This document shows, piece after piece, positions 13,001 to 24,676 of a stretch of DNA of 64,000 nucleotides (its first letter is position 1; each line of letters opens with the position of its first letter). The notes below the pieces were generated by a model, which did no database searches, was not told the DNA's origin, and saw nothing but the letters and a program-made list of their open reading frames with translations. Location of the stretch: assembly GCA_002269645.1 (NCBI GenBank), contig NIVC01002024.1, positions 62,001 through 126,000 of the forward strand, written 5' to 3'. The DNA comes from Macrostomum lignano. Lineage: Eukaryota. Both the position numbers and the translations under genes were made by a program.

Positions 13001-14901
13001 AGTGAGCTGGGTGTCTGTGAAGTGAGCTGGGTGTCTGTGAAGTGAGCTGGGTGTCTGTGAAGTGAGCTGGGTGTCTGTGAAGTGAGCTGGGTGTCTGTGA
13101 AGTGAGCTGGGTGTCTGTGAAGTGAGCTTAGTGTCTGCGAAGTGAGCTGGGTGTCTGTAAAGTGAGCTGGGTGTCTGTAAAGTGAGCTGGGTGTCTGTGA
13201 AGTGAGCTGGGTGTCTGTGAAGTGAGCTGGGTGTCTGTGAAGTGAGCTGGGTGTCTGTGAAGTGAGCTGGGTGTCTGTGGAGTGAGCTGGGTGTCTGTGG
13301 AGTGAGCTGGGTGTCTGTGAAGTGAGCTGGGTGTCTGCAGAGTGAGTTGGGTGTCTGCGGAGTGAACTGGGTGTCTGCGGAGTGAGCTGGGTGTTTGTGA
13401 AGTGAGCTATATATCTAATTATTTATCACGTGTCCATATTTCAGTTCGAAACCCCCGGAAAACGCCAATGGGTTTTCTAACACAAACAGGTAAGTTTCCA
13501 CTAACATTTTAATTTTGCTCGGAATTTGGTGTTGTATTACTAAAGTAAAATTTAAATGCACAATCTTCATTTACAAACAACTGTATAACACGTTTAAAGG
13601 TTTTAAATGTTGTTGCTACGCTCGTATACGAGTATGTTATCTCTTTGTTACAAGCTATTTGCGAATTGGCTGGCCTCCCCACCCCACTGGCTGGTCTCCT
13701 TGCCCCATTGGCTGGCCTCCTCACCTCATTGGCTGGCCTCCTCACCCCATTGGCTGCCTCGTCACCTCATTTGCTGGTCTCCTCACCTTATTGGCTGACC
13801 TCCTCACCCCATTAGCTGCCTCCTCACCCCATTAGCTGCCTCCTCACCTCATTGGCTGGCCTCCTTGCCCCATTGGCTGGCCTCCTCACCTTATTGGCTG
13901 ACCTCCTCACCCCATTAGCTGCCTCCTCACCTCATTGGCTGGTCTCCTTGCCCCATTGGCTGGCCTCCTCACCCCACTGGCTGGCCTCCTCACCCCACTG
14001 GCTGGCTTCCTCACCCAATTGGCTGGCCTCCCCACCCCACTGGCTGGCCTCCTCACCCAATTGGCTGGCCTCCCCACCCTATTGGCTGCCACCTCACCTC
14101 ATTGGCTGGCCTCCTCACCTCATTGACCACTTTGTGGAATTATTGCATTGAAGCGCGTTTTTATTGCTTCTATTTTAGACCGGAGTGGTATGAAAGTGGC
14201 TTCTGGTTAGTTTGCTGAAGCACATCTGGAATATTTTCCCAGCTTCTCTAGTTTGCCAGCTTCTGCAGTACAGGCTGTTTTCTGCGGGCACAATTCATAG
14301 CTCTAATCATTTTGTACTCAAGTGTAAATCTAATTGAGTTTGCGCTTAATGTGTAATAATGTGTAATAATAATAGTGAGTTTGTGACTGGTCAATTCACT
14401 ACAAATGGATATTTTTTGGCTAATTCCAATACGTGTGTTTGAACTTATTAAAGGATTTTACTATTGACTGTCTATTTTAAGGCTCAGTTTAGGCCAAAAA
14501 TGCATAATAATTTTTCTGTTTCTTAGTATCAGTTCTCTTGTCTCTTGCCGCAGCTACAGCTAAATCTATAGAATGAAAGCCTTCAGAAACGACACTCAAA
14601 GAGCTCTTAGTCTCTATTTGCTTCTAATTATCCTCTGTTTCCCTGACAAGTTCTTCGTGTCCTTTAACAGGGTTTCACTGTCTGACACGCCAGCCAATCA
14701 GCAGGCAGATTGGTGAGTCAGATTAATTAAAATCACTAGCCAATCGGCTGGCCCCCCACCCATTGGCTGACCGCATACTTGGATCATGATTGTCCTTGGT
14801 CATAACTAGTTAGCTAGATTATAATATTTGAAGTATTCGCTGCATTTCCTCCTCCCTGCCCCTGGGGGAGGCTGAGAGACCATTGAAGGCCAAGGCCAAA
14901 G

Positions 14902-14995
<94 letters not shown>

Positions 14996-15115
14996 ATCTG
15001 CCTGTCTGTCTGTCTGCCTGTCTGTCTATCTGCCTGTCTTTCTGTCTGTAGATCTGTCTGTCTGTCTGTCTGCCTGTCTGTCTGTCTGTCTGTAGGTCTG
15101 TCTGTCTGTCTGTAG

Positions 15116-15149
<34 letters not shown>

Positions 15150-18100
15150 ATATCTATCTCTCTATCTATCTATTTATTTATCTGTCTGTTTTGGTGTCTG
15201 TGTCTGTCTGTATGTCTGTTTGACCTTCACCTGATATCTTTCTAGCGCCAGGCGTAAAACGGCACTAGCGCAGTGATTTATTGGTACTGCAAATTTTTTG
15301 TATATAAATAATTTTTTGGCAACCATTTCTAGTTTTTTGCTACTTAGATCTTTAACTAACTGAAATAATAACATTTTATCTTCATTCACCGGTTTGTAGT
15401 GCAATGTTACTAATTAGTTTGTAGTTTAAAATGAATATTTCAGAGCCCCTCATGGTTAGTTGATTTGATTTTAAAACATAATGCTTTTAATTGATTGACT
15501 GTCACTCGATCACGGTTTAAACTGTGAATGTGAAATTCACATTCTGTGAATTGCTGACCGACTCGTTGGTACAAAAACACCTGCGACAATCCAAAGAAGT
15601 TCCATAGAAATCAGTCCAAAGCTTTCATGAAATTTGGTTTAAAAGAGTTTTATAGTAAATCTATTACATGACAATATTAAAATCCGCGAAAAATTTAATA
15701 GAAATTGAAAAAAACCGCGGAAATTCCATAGAAAACGGTTAAAATCCGCGAAATATTTCATAGAAATTGAAAAAAACGCGGAAATTCCATAGAAAACGGT
15801 TAAAATCCGCGAAATATTTCATAGAAATTGAAAAAAACGCGGAAATTCCATAGAAAACGGTTAAAATTCGCGAAATATTTCATGGAAATTGAAAAAAAAC
15901 GCGGAAATTCCATAGAAAACGATGAAAACTCGGTCGGAACATTTCATAGAAATCTGACGCAAACTTCGCCTTCCAATCCGCAGGTCCGAATCGCCGATTC
16001 CTCGCGCAGTTGCCATCGCCGATTTCCGTCGCTACGTCGGCTTCATGCTGAGAGACAGCGAGCTGGAAGTTCACCGACAGTTCGAAGAGATTAAGGAGGC
16101 CGCTTTGGAACGCGAGCAGAAAGATTTCAGCCTCAACGTAGCCACGGCCGACTGCAACAGGGCAAAGAACCGGTACACGGACATCCTGCCCTACGACCAT
16201 ACTCGGGTTGTTCTCGAGTCAAGCTACGAAGGACCTGGCCACGCTCCGGACGACTACATTAATGCCAACTACATCAAGTAAGACAGATTTAATTTGCTCT
16301 AATAATTTTTACTGCTCTGATTTCTGCTAAAGTCGGTCGAATGCTTTTGCGGCGTGGGTCAGGGTTGTGCGAGTGGGTCAGGGTTGTGCGAGTGGGTCAG
16401 GGTTGTGCAAGTGGGTCAGGGTTGTGCGAGTGGGTCAGGGTTGTGCAAGTGGGTCAGGGTTGTGCGAGTGGGTCAGGGTTGTGCAAGTGGGTCAGGGTTG
16501 TGCGAGTGGGTCAGGGTTGTGCAAGTGGGTCAGGGTTGTGCGAGTGGGTCAGGGTTGTGCGAGTGGGTCAGGGTTGTGCGAGTGGGTCAGGGTTGTGCAA
16601 GTGGGTCAGGGTTGTGCGAGTGGGTCAGGATTGTGCGAGTGGGTCAGGGTTGTGCGAGTGGGTCAGAGTTGTGCAAGTGGATCAGGGTTGTGCGAGTGGG
16701 TCAGGGTTGTGCAAGTGGGTCAGGGTTGTGCGAGTGGGTCAGTGTTGTGCGAGTGGGTCAGGGTTGTGCGAGTGGGTCAGGGTTGTGCAAGTGGGTCAGG
16801 GTTGTGCGAGTGGGTCAGGATTGTGCGAGTGGGTCAGGGTTGTGCGAGTGGGTCAGAGTTGTGCAAGTGGATCAGGGTTGTGCGAGTGGGTCAGGGTTGT
16901 GCGAGTGGGTCAGGGTTGTGCGAGTGGGTCAGTGTTGTGCAAGTGGGTCAGGGTTGTGCGAGTGGGTCAGGGTTGTGCGAGTGGGTCAGTGTTGTGCAAG
17001 TGGGTCAGGGTTGTGCGAGTGGGTCAGGGTTGTGCGAATGGGTCATAATGATTCAGGTGTGTCACAATGAGAAGGCGGGGCATGATGAGGAATTGGAGAG
17101 GAGAGTCATGATGGAAAAGTGAGTCATGATGGAGAAGTGAGTCATGATGGAGAGGTGAGTCATGATGGGAAAGTGAGTCATGATGGGAAAGTAAGTCATG
17201 ATGGGAAAGTGAGTCATGATGGGAAAGTAAGTCATGATGGGAAAGTAAGTCATGATGGAAAGTGAGTCATGATGGGAAAGTGGGTCATGATGGTAAAGTG
17301 AGTCATGACGGGAAAGTGAGTCATAATGGGAAAGTGAGTCATGACGGGAAAGTGAGTCGTGGTTTTAAAACGGTTAGTTAAGGAGTCGTATCGTGGAGGG
17401 TAAAAATAGGTCAAATAACAAACTGTAGAACATTCGTACAAAATAGCAAACACAAAAAAATCTGCTACTTACTACTGATACAAAACTGTGCCAATTGAAT
17501 TACAGGGGCCTGGATCGCGAGCGCGAGTTCATAGCCAGCCAGGGCCCAATCCAGGGCACCATTGACGATCACTGGCGCATGATCTACCAGCACAAGGTGA
17601 CGCTGATCCTCACGCTCACCCAGTGCCAAGAGGGCATGAAGAGAAAGTCGGAGCGCTATTGGCCAGAGATTGTTGGCCAGTGCGAGACCTACGATGAGAT
17701 CAAAGTTTTCCTTGAGAGCGAGAGCGAGATGGGATCCTACACTGTGCGCAGGATGTCTGTCACCTGCTCTACTGACAGGTCGGTACTCCTGTTTGTGATT
17801 ATTTGGGATATGAAGAATAGGATCGTGCCAGAGTCGCTGCAGAATCGCTGAATTGGTCTAAAGCGCATCCGCGTCACTTAATGAATTAGGATCGCTACAC
17901 ATAAAGTCTACTACACACGACTATTGGAAGAATTTTTGCGAATATTTATTAACAACCCTCCAATCTCCATAGAAACCAGACGGAGCCGCTTCAGGTGGTG
18001 CAGCTCTTCTACCTGGGCTGGGCTGACTACAACGTGCCGAATGTCGACGACCTCGCCGACTTCCTCGCCCAGATGCGCAGCTACGCGCCGAAGTTGAGGC

Positions 18101-21100
18101 GAAGCGACGACGAGCCGCCGATTCTCGTGCACTGCAGCGCCGGGGTCGGACGGACCGGCACCCTGATCGCGCTGGACATCCTGGTGCGCTCGCTGGAGCT
18201 GCGCGGCGCCAAAACCATCAACGTGTTTGAGACGGTCATGCAGCTGCGGGCCTGCCGCAAACTCATGGTGCAGACCAAGGTGAGGGTTTGGGGTCACGGT
18301 GCAGACCAAGGTGAGGGTTTGGGGTCATGGTGCAGACCAAGGTGAGGGTTTGGGGTCATGGTGCAGACCAAGGTGAGGGTTTGGGGTCATGGTGCAGACC
18401 AAGGTGAGGGTTTGGGGTCATGGTGCAGACCAAGGTGAGGGGTTGGGGTCACGGTGCAGACCAAGGTGAGGGTTGTGGGTCACGGTGCAGACCAAGGTGA
18501 GGGTTTATTTGGGGTCATGGTGCAGACCAAGGTGAGGGTTTATTTGGGGTCATGGTGCAGACCAAGGTGAGGGTTTGGGGTCATGGTGCAGACCAAGGTG
18601 AGGGTTTGGGGTCATGGTGCAGACCAAGGTGAGGGTTTATTTGGGGTCACGGTGCAGACCAAGGTGAGGGTTTGGGGTCACGGTGCAGACCAAGGTGAGG
18701 GTTTATTTGGGGTCACGGTGCAGACCAAGGTGAGGGTTTGGGGTCACGGTGCAGACCAAGGTGAGGGTTTATTTGGGGTCATGGTGCAGACCAAGGTGAG
18801 GGTTTGGGGTCATGGTGCAGACCAAGGTGAGGGTTTGGGGTCATGGTGCAGACCAAGGTGAGGGTTTATTTGGGGTCATCATGGTGCAGACCAAGGTGAG
18901 GGTTTGGGGTCATGGTGCAGACCAAGGTGAGGGTTTGGGGTCATGGTGCAGACCAAGGTGAGGGTTTATTTGGGGTCATCATGGTGCAGACCAAGGTGAG
19001 GGTTTGGGGTCATGGTGCAGACCAGGGTGAGGGTTTGGGGTCACGGTGCAGACCAAGGTGAGGGTTTATTTGGAGTCATGGTGCAGACCAAGGTGAGGGT
19101 TTGGGGTCATGGTGCAGACCAAGGTGAGGGTTTATTTGGGGTCATGGTGCAGACCAAGGTGAGGGTTTATTTGGGGTCATGGTGCAGACCAAGGTGAGGG
19201 TTTATTTGGGGTCATGGTGCAGACCAAGGTGAGGGTTTGGGGTCATGGTGCAGACCAAGGTGAGGGTTTGGGGTCATGGTGCAGACCAAGGTGAGGGTTT
19301 ATTTGGGGTCATGGTGCAGACCAAGGTGAGGGTTTGGGGTCATGGTGCAGACCAAGGTGAGGGTTTATTTATGGTCATGGTGCAGACCAAGGTGAGGGTT
19401 TATTTGGGGTCATGGTGCAGACCAAGGTGAGGGTTTATTTGGGGTCATGGTGCAGACCAAGGTGAGGGTTTATTTGGGGTCATGGTGCAGATCAAGGTGA
19501 GGGTTTGGGGTCATGAAGAGGTCATAGAGGATGAGTGAAATTATGAAGGTCATAGGATGGAATGGGGTCATTGAATGTGGAAATTAACATCCGATGGTCA
19601 TGAGAAGGTAAAGAAGATCATGAGAGGGTGGGAAGGGTCATGAGAGGGTGGAAAGGGTCGTGAGAGGGTGGAAAGGGTCATGAGAGGGTGCAAAGGAAAA
19701 TTTCATGAGAGGGTGGAAAGGGTCATGAGAGGGTGTAACTGTAAAGTGTCATGAGAGGGTCATGAGAGTGTGTAACTGTAAAGTGTCATGAGAGGGTCAT
19801 GAGAGGGTGTAACTGTAAAGTGTCATGAGAGGGTCATGAGAGGGTGTAACTGTAAAGTGTCATGAGAGGGTCATGAGAGGGTGTAACTGTAAAGTGTCAT
19901 GAGAGGGTCATGAGAGGATAGATCAAATCTGGGTGTTGGTCAACCCTGAACTTGCCAATTCACACCCTCTCACAGGGCCAGCTGGCTTTCATTTATCGCT
20001 TTATGATAAACTACCTGGATTCGCATAACTACTTGGAGCCAATTGACGGTCCAAATTCAGGTAAAGTTGGCGTCGGTGACTTTTTATTATTGTTTCATGT
20101 AATGCGACTGCTTGTAATAAAATCTTTCTTTCAGGAGTATTGCAATTTCCTATGCATGTACTGTTTCATAAGTGTTCATCAACTCACATGGGTGATCACC
20201 AACTGTCACATGGGTGATCACCAACTGTCACATGGGTGATCACCAACTGTCACATGGGTGATCACCAACTGTCACATGGGTGATCACCAACTGTCACATG
20301 GGTGTTCATTAACTGTCTCATAGGTGTTCACCAGCTGTCTCATAGGTGTTCACCAACTGTCACATGGGTGTTCACCAACTGTCACATAGGTGTTCACCAA
20401 CTGTCACATGAGTGTTCACCAACTGTCACATGGGTGTTCACCAACTGTCACATAGGTGTTCACCAACTGTCTCATAGGTGTTCACCAACTGTCACATGGG
20501 TGATCACCAACTGTCACATGGGTGCTCACCAACTGTCACATGGGTGATCACCAACTCACATGGGTGATCACCAACTGTCACATGGGTGCTCACCAACTGT
20601 CACATGGGTGATCACCAACTCACATGGGTGATCACCAACTGTCACATGGGTGCTCACCAACTGTCACATGGGTGATCACCAACTGTCACATGGGTGATCA
20701 CCAACTGTCACATGGGTGCTCACCAACTGTCACATGGGTGATCACCAACTCACATGGGTGATCACCAACTGTCACATGGGTGCTCACCAACTGTCACATT
20801 GGTGATCACCAACTGTCACATGGGTGATCACCAACTGTCACATGGGTGCTCACCAACTGTCACATGGGTGATCACCAACTCACATGGGTGATCACCAACT
20901 GTCACATGGGTGCTCACCAACTGTCACATGGGTGATCACCAACTGTCACATGGGTGATCACCAACTGTCACATGGGTGATCACCAACTGTCACATGGGTG
21001 ATCACCAACTGTCACATGGGTGATCACCAACTGTCACATGGGTGTTCATTAACTGTCTCATAGGTGTTCACCAGCTGTCTCATAGGTGTTCACCAACTGT

Positions 21101-23488
21101 CACATGGGTGTTCACCAACTGTCACATAGGTGTTCACCAACTGTCACATGAGTGTTCACCAACTGTCACATGGGTGTTCACCAACTGTCACATAGGTGTT
21201 CACCAACTGTCTCATAGGTGTTCACCAACTGTCACATGGGTGTTCACCAACTGTCACATAGGTGTTCACCAACTGTCACATAGGTGTTCACCAACTGTCT
21301 CATAGGTGTTCACCAACCGTCTCGTGATATTTCACTAAATGTCACACAGATGTTCATCAACTCACATAGGTGTTCACCAACTGTCACATAGGTGTTCACC
21401 AACTGTCACATGGGTGTTCACCAACTGTCACATTGGTGTTCACCAACTTTCACATGGGTCTTCACCAACTGTCACATGGGTGTTCACCAACTGTCACATT
21501 GGTGTTCACCAACTTTCACATAGGTCTTTACCAACTGTCACATGGGTGTTCACCAACTGTCACATGGGTGTTCACCAACTGTCACATAGGTGTTCACCAA
21601 CTGTCACATAGGTGTTCACCAACTGTCACGTAGGGTTCACCAACTGTTATATGGGTGTTCACCAACTGTCACATGGGTGTTCACCAACTGTCACATAGGT
21701 GTTCACCAACTGTCACATAGGTGATCACTAACTTTTTAAGACTTACCGAGGAATATCTTTAGGGTTTCAAACACGCATGAACCTGATTCAACACAAGACT
21801 AAATAATTATTGAATTCCTGGCTGTCTCGCTTCAAGAGACTCCAGCACGTGTGATCTCCTTGCCACCAGCAGTGGAGCTGGTAGAATGCGGCCCAGCGCT
21901 GCATGGCCACCAGCGACAGTTGTCCAGCGTGTCCGCTTAACAGAGAAAATGTTAAAAGTACACAAGATGGAAGTCTGTCGCCATCTATGGGGCACTGTGC
22001 ACTTTTTAAAATTCTCTATGGCACTTTCCTCTGTATCTGGTACTACGAGACTGTACTACTCATGACCACATGCCCTTGTCTGCACCTCTCACTGTGACTG
22101 TCTCACTCTCACTGTGACTGTCTCACTCTCACTGTGACTGTCTCACTCTCACTGTGACTGTCTCACTCTCACTGTGACTGTCTCACTCTCACTCTCACTG
22201 TGATTGTCTCACTCTCACTGTGACTGTCTCACTCTCACTGTGACTGTCTCACTCTCACTGTGATTGTCTCACTCTCACTCTCACTGTGACTGTCTCACTC
22301 TCACTGTGACTGTCTCACTCTCACTGTGATTGTCTCACTCTCACTGTGATTGTCTCACTCTCACTGTGACTGTCTCACTCTCACTGTGATTGTCTCACTC
22401 TCACTGTGACTGTCTCACTCTCACTCTCACTGTGATTGTCTCACTCTCACTGTGACTGTCTCACTCTCACTCTCACTGTGACTGTCTCACTCTCACTGTG
22501 ATTGTCTCACTCTCACTGTGACTGTCTCACTCTCACTGTGATTGTCTCACTCTCACTCTCACTGTGATTGTCTCACTCTCACTGTGACTGTCTCACTCTC
22601 ACTGTGACTGTCTCACTCTCACTGTGATTGTCTCACTCTCACTGTGATTGTCTCACTCTCACTGTGACTGTCTCACTCTCACTCTCACTGTGATTGTCTC
22701 ACTCTCACTGTGATTGTCTCACTCTCACTCTCACTGTGATTGTCTCACTCTCACTGTGACTGTCTCACTCTCACTCTCACTGTGACTGTCTCACTCTCAC
22801 TGTGATTGTCTCACTCTCACTGTGACTGTCTCACTCTCACTGTGATTGTCTCACTCTCACTGTGACTGTCTCACTCTCACTCTCACTGTGATTGTCTCAC
22901 TCTCACTGTGACTGTCTCACTCTCACTCCAACTGTGACTGTCTCACTCTCACTCTCACTGTGACTGTCTCACTCTCACTCTCACTGTGACTGTCTCACTC
23001 TCACTCTGTCTCACTCTCACTCTCACTGTGACTGTCTCACTCTCTCTCTTTGGCTGTCTCACTCTCACTCTCCCTGTGATTGTCTCACTCTCACTCTGTC
23101 TCACTCTCACTCTCCCTGTGACTGTCTCACTCTCACTCTCACTGTGACGGTCTCACAGTTACTTATTGTGACTGTCTCACTCTCTCTCTCTCTCACTCCT
23201 ATTATGTCATCTTTTATTTTCCAGGCTTTTTGAACTCTGAAAAACTGAATTTATTTTCTTGGTAAAAGTTACTTTTTCTGGTATTATTTATATATTCATA
23301 AAACAGCTCAATAAATTTGCTATTACTCTACTCGCAGTAGAGCAAAGAAAATCTGCGTTAAAATAAAATAAAAATTTTTTTCTACTGCAGACCCGAGAGA
23401 CATGGAGATGAGCGCCGTATATGTAACTCCGCGCCATAGCGTGGCCGGAGCGTCGAATCCCGCTTACCAGGCAGACGAGCGAGTTTAA
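1..23488 (+). CDS. RPTP gene 1: R3-subtype receptor protein tyrosine phosphatase (many FN3, TM, single PTP domain), 5' end outside window
   Basis: Frame-consistent GT/AG exon chain: <1-238, 672-920, 1688-1939, 2372-2620, 3388-3639, 4072-4320, 5088-5339, 5772-6020, 6788-7039, 7131-7382, 7506-7814, 8764-10319, 10941-11699, 12246-12811, 13445-13489, 15984-16277, 17506-17778, 17973-18279, 19976-20060, 23391-23488 (TAA). Motifs: juxtamembrane [47 protein letters not shown]. Confidence 0.92.
7131..7814 (+). CDS. RPTP1 ectodomain exons 7131-7382 (FN3) and 7506-7814 (divergent beta-rich domain)
   Basis: ttttag|TC CTG TCT CCC GTG GCC...ACT A|gtaag; atttcag|AG CCC...ACA G|gtgagt; both phase 1-1. Confidence 0.8.
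8005..8695. repeat. Degenerate G/T-rich minisatellite (GGGGTTTGTGGAGTT-like)
   Basis: Direct reading; intronic. Confidence 0.9.
8764..10319 (+). CDS. RPTP1 large multi-FN3 exon
   Basis: ORF 8796-10472 has repeated FN3 signatures (P.APQDARV..LSWSPP..PNGVI..YTV; DLSPGVQF; [15 protein letters not shown]); aatttcag acceptor, GAG|gtaagt donor. Confidence 0.9.
10675..10859 (-). mobile_element. tRNA-derived CORE-type SINE
   Basis: Minus strand: A box TAGCCTAGTGGTTAGAGCG, B box GGTTCGATTCCC, then GTGTCCTTGAGCAAGACACTTAAC...CAGCTGTAAACTGGG, resembling the MIR/CORE consensus (GTGACCTTGGGCAAGTCACTTAAC...CATCTGTAAAATGGG). Confidence 0.8.
10941..11699 (+). CDS. RPTP1 FN3 exon
   Basis: ctctcttcag acceptor; [13 protein letters not shown] and [16 protein letters not shown] motifs; CAA|gtgagt donor. 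Confidence 0.88.
11735..12240. repeat. 20-nt minisatellite CACCCACCTCACTCCAGAAT
   Basis: About 25 units filling the intron up to the 12245 acceptor. Confidence 0.92.
12246..12811 (+). CDS. RPTP1 membrane-proximal domain and transmembrane exon
   Basis: [19 protein letters not shown] (R3-type juxtamembrane motif), then hydrophobic [23 protein letters not shown] followed by KR. Confidence 0.92.
12880..13408. repeat. 20-nt minisatellite GTGAGCTGGGTGTCTGTGAA
   Basis: About 26 near-identical units. Confidence 0.95.
13665..14125. repeat. 21-nt minisatellite CCTCACCCCATTGGCTGGCCT-like
   Basis: Direct reading. Confidence 0.9.
14903..15215. repeat. (TCTG)n microsatellite
   Basis: Direct reading. 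Confidence 0.95.
15680..15920. repeat. About 60-nt tandem repeat, about 4 copies (AAATCCGCGAAATATTTCATAGAAATTG...)
   Basis: Direct reading. Confidence 0.85.
15984..20060 (+). CDS. RPTP1 PTP catalytic-domain exons (15984-16277, 17506-17778, 17973-18279, 19976-20060)
   Basis: [58 protein letters not shown]|GQLAFIY; splice phases 2,2,0,1 join in frame. Confidence 0.95.
16352..17045. repeat. 19-nt minisatellite GTGGGTCAGGGTTGTGCGA
   Basis: About 36 units. Confidence 0.95.
17100..17358. repeat. 18-nt minisatellite GTGAGTCATGATGGGAAA
   Basis: About 14 units. Confidence 0.9.
18265..19515 (+). repeat. 31/35-nt minisatellite CATGGTGCAGACCAAG|GTGAGGGTTTGGGGT containing the exon end and 5' splice site
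   Basis: The first unit is the coding end (M-V-Q-T-K) and donor of the PTP signature exon; roughly 37 units. Confidence 0.95.
19615..19915. repeat. TCATGAGAGGG-based 20-nt and 37-nt repeats
   Basis: Direct reading. Confidence 0.85.
20168..21730. repeat. 22-nt minisatellite CACCAACTGTCACATGGGTG(A/T)T
   Basis: About 70 units with higher-order variant blocks. Confidence 0.95.
22085..23195. repeat. 20-nt minisatellite CTCACTGTGACTGTCTCACT
   Basis: Direct reading. Confidence 0.95.
23391..23488 (+). CDS. RPTP1 probable last coding exon ([32 protein letters not shown])
   Basis: tttttttctactgcag acceptor, phase 1 matching the 20060 donor; GC-rich island in AT-rich flank; stop followed by AT-rich UTR. 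Confidence 0.72.
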
Positions 23489-24676
23489 ATAAGTATATAC
23501 TACTGGAATCTGCTCAAATTTAGTAGTATTAATACAGAGATTTCAAAATTATTATTGTCTATGTGCTGTTGAAAGTGCAGGTAAAATTTATTAAAGTTAA
23601 AGAACGGGTTGACTGATTATCTTTTCGCGGTTGCAAACTGAAAACTACCGCTGATAATCGGTGTACACTACTTACCAAATCATTTATTAGTAGGGCACTA
23701 TGGATCTAACTGAATTTTCAACAGATTCTGATTGTGAATTAAAATTAAACGGTGCTATAAAATTAGCCAAACTATTCTACTGAATAACATGTTAGCCTGT
23801 TTATTTATGAAATGCTGAGAATTGCAGGATTGTTATTTATTTTCGATTATTACTGTCATGTTTTCTGTGCCGTATAAGCAGCGCTGCATGTTTTTTTTGT
23901 TATTTCATTTTCTGTTAATTTTCCAAGAAATGACTTTATGAACTTACTCTAGTTATGTCGCTGCTTTTGGCATGCGCATACTAACTACTCAGTGTAAGTA
24001 GTTTCTGTGCTCAAATTTATATAAACTTATTTTCTTGCAGAAAAAAACAAACCAAAAAACCTGTTAACTTCTTTTCCATCATTTAGTTAGTTTTTTATGG
24101 TGAAATCCTGGCTGTGATGTACATAGAATAATGTCTATTTACATGTATTTTCCGTGTCTCTTTACTGTGCCATCCATCCATAATTTTTGCCAGCCTGAGC
24201 TAATTTTTATACTGCAACCAATGATTCCCGATTGTGTGTTGTTATTTATTCCAACCCTCAATATCCCAGGTCTCGTTTTCTAATAAGGTCAAAATATCGG
24301 TGGTTTATCGAGCAAAACAAGAACAGATATTCTCTAATTATCAAGTTCATATATTTTTATTAACAATTTCGCTTTCTACAATACAGTATTGCAGAGAAGC
24401 AAAATGCGAAAGAATTCCAGTTACCGCTGTGAATTTTATTTCCAGTAACTGGAAAATCCTTGTTCAATTCCTGAAGAGCCAGCTCTGATGATTGCGTTAT
24501 TTTATCTATTTTTCTACGCCAGAAAATATAAAATTGCCTTATTTCTAATCTAGCGGTGCAAATGACGTGCGATTATGCAAGTACGGGCTTAGCTCTTGGC
24601 TTTATTTTTTTAACTTCTAGAAGAGATTAGAGCGGATGCTAGGGTAATTGTGAAAGTAAACGTTGCATGCTTCACT

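Noticed and set aside
16341-17122. Three overlapping 235-251-aa ORFs
   Set aside because: By-product of a stop-free 19-nt minisatellite inside a defined intron.
21807-22097. Additional RPTP1 exon in the unique GC-moderate stretch
   Set aside because: No convincing in-frame acceptor/donor pair or homology; 20060 joins 23391 in frame without it.
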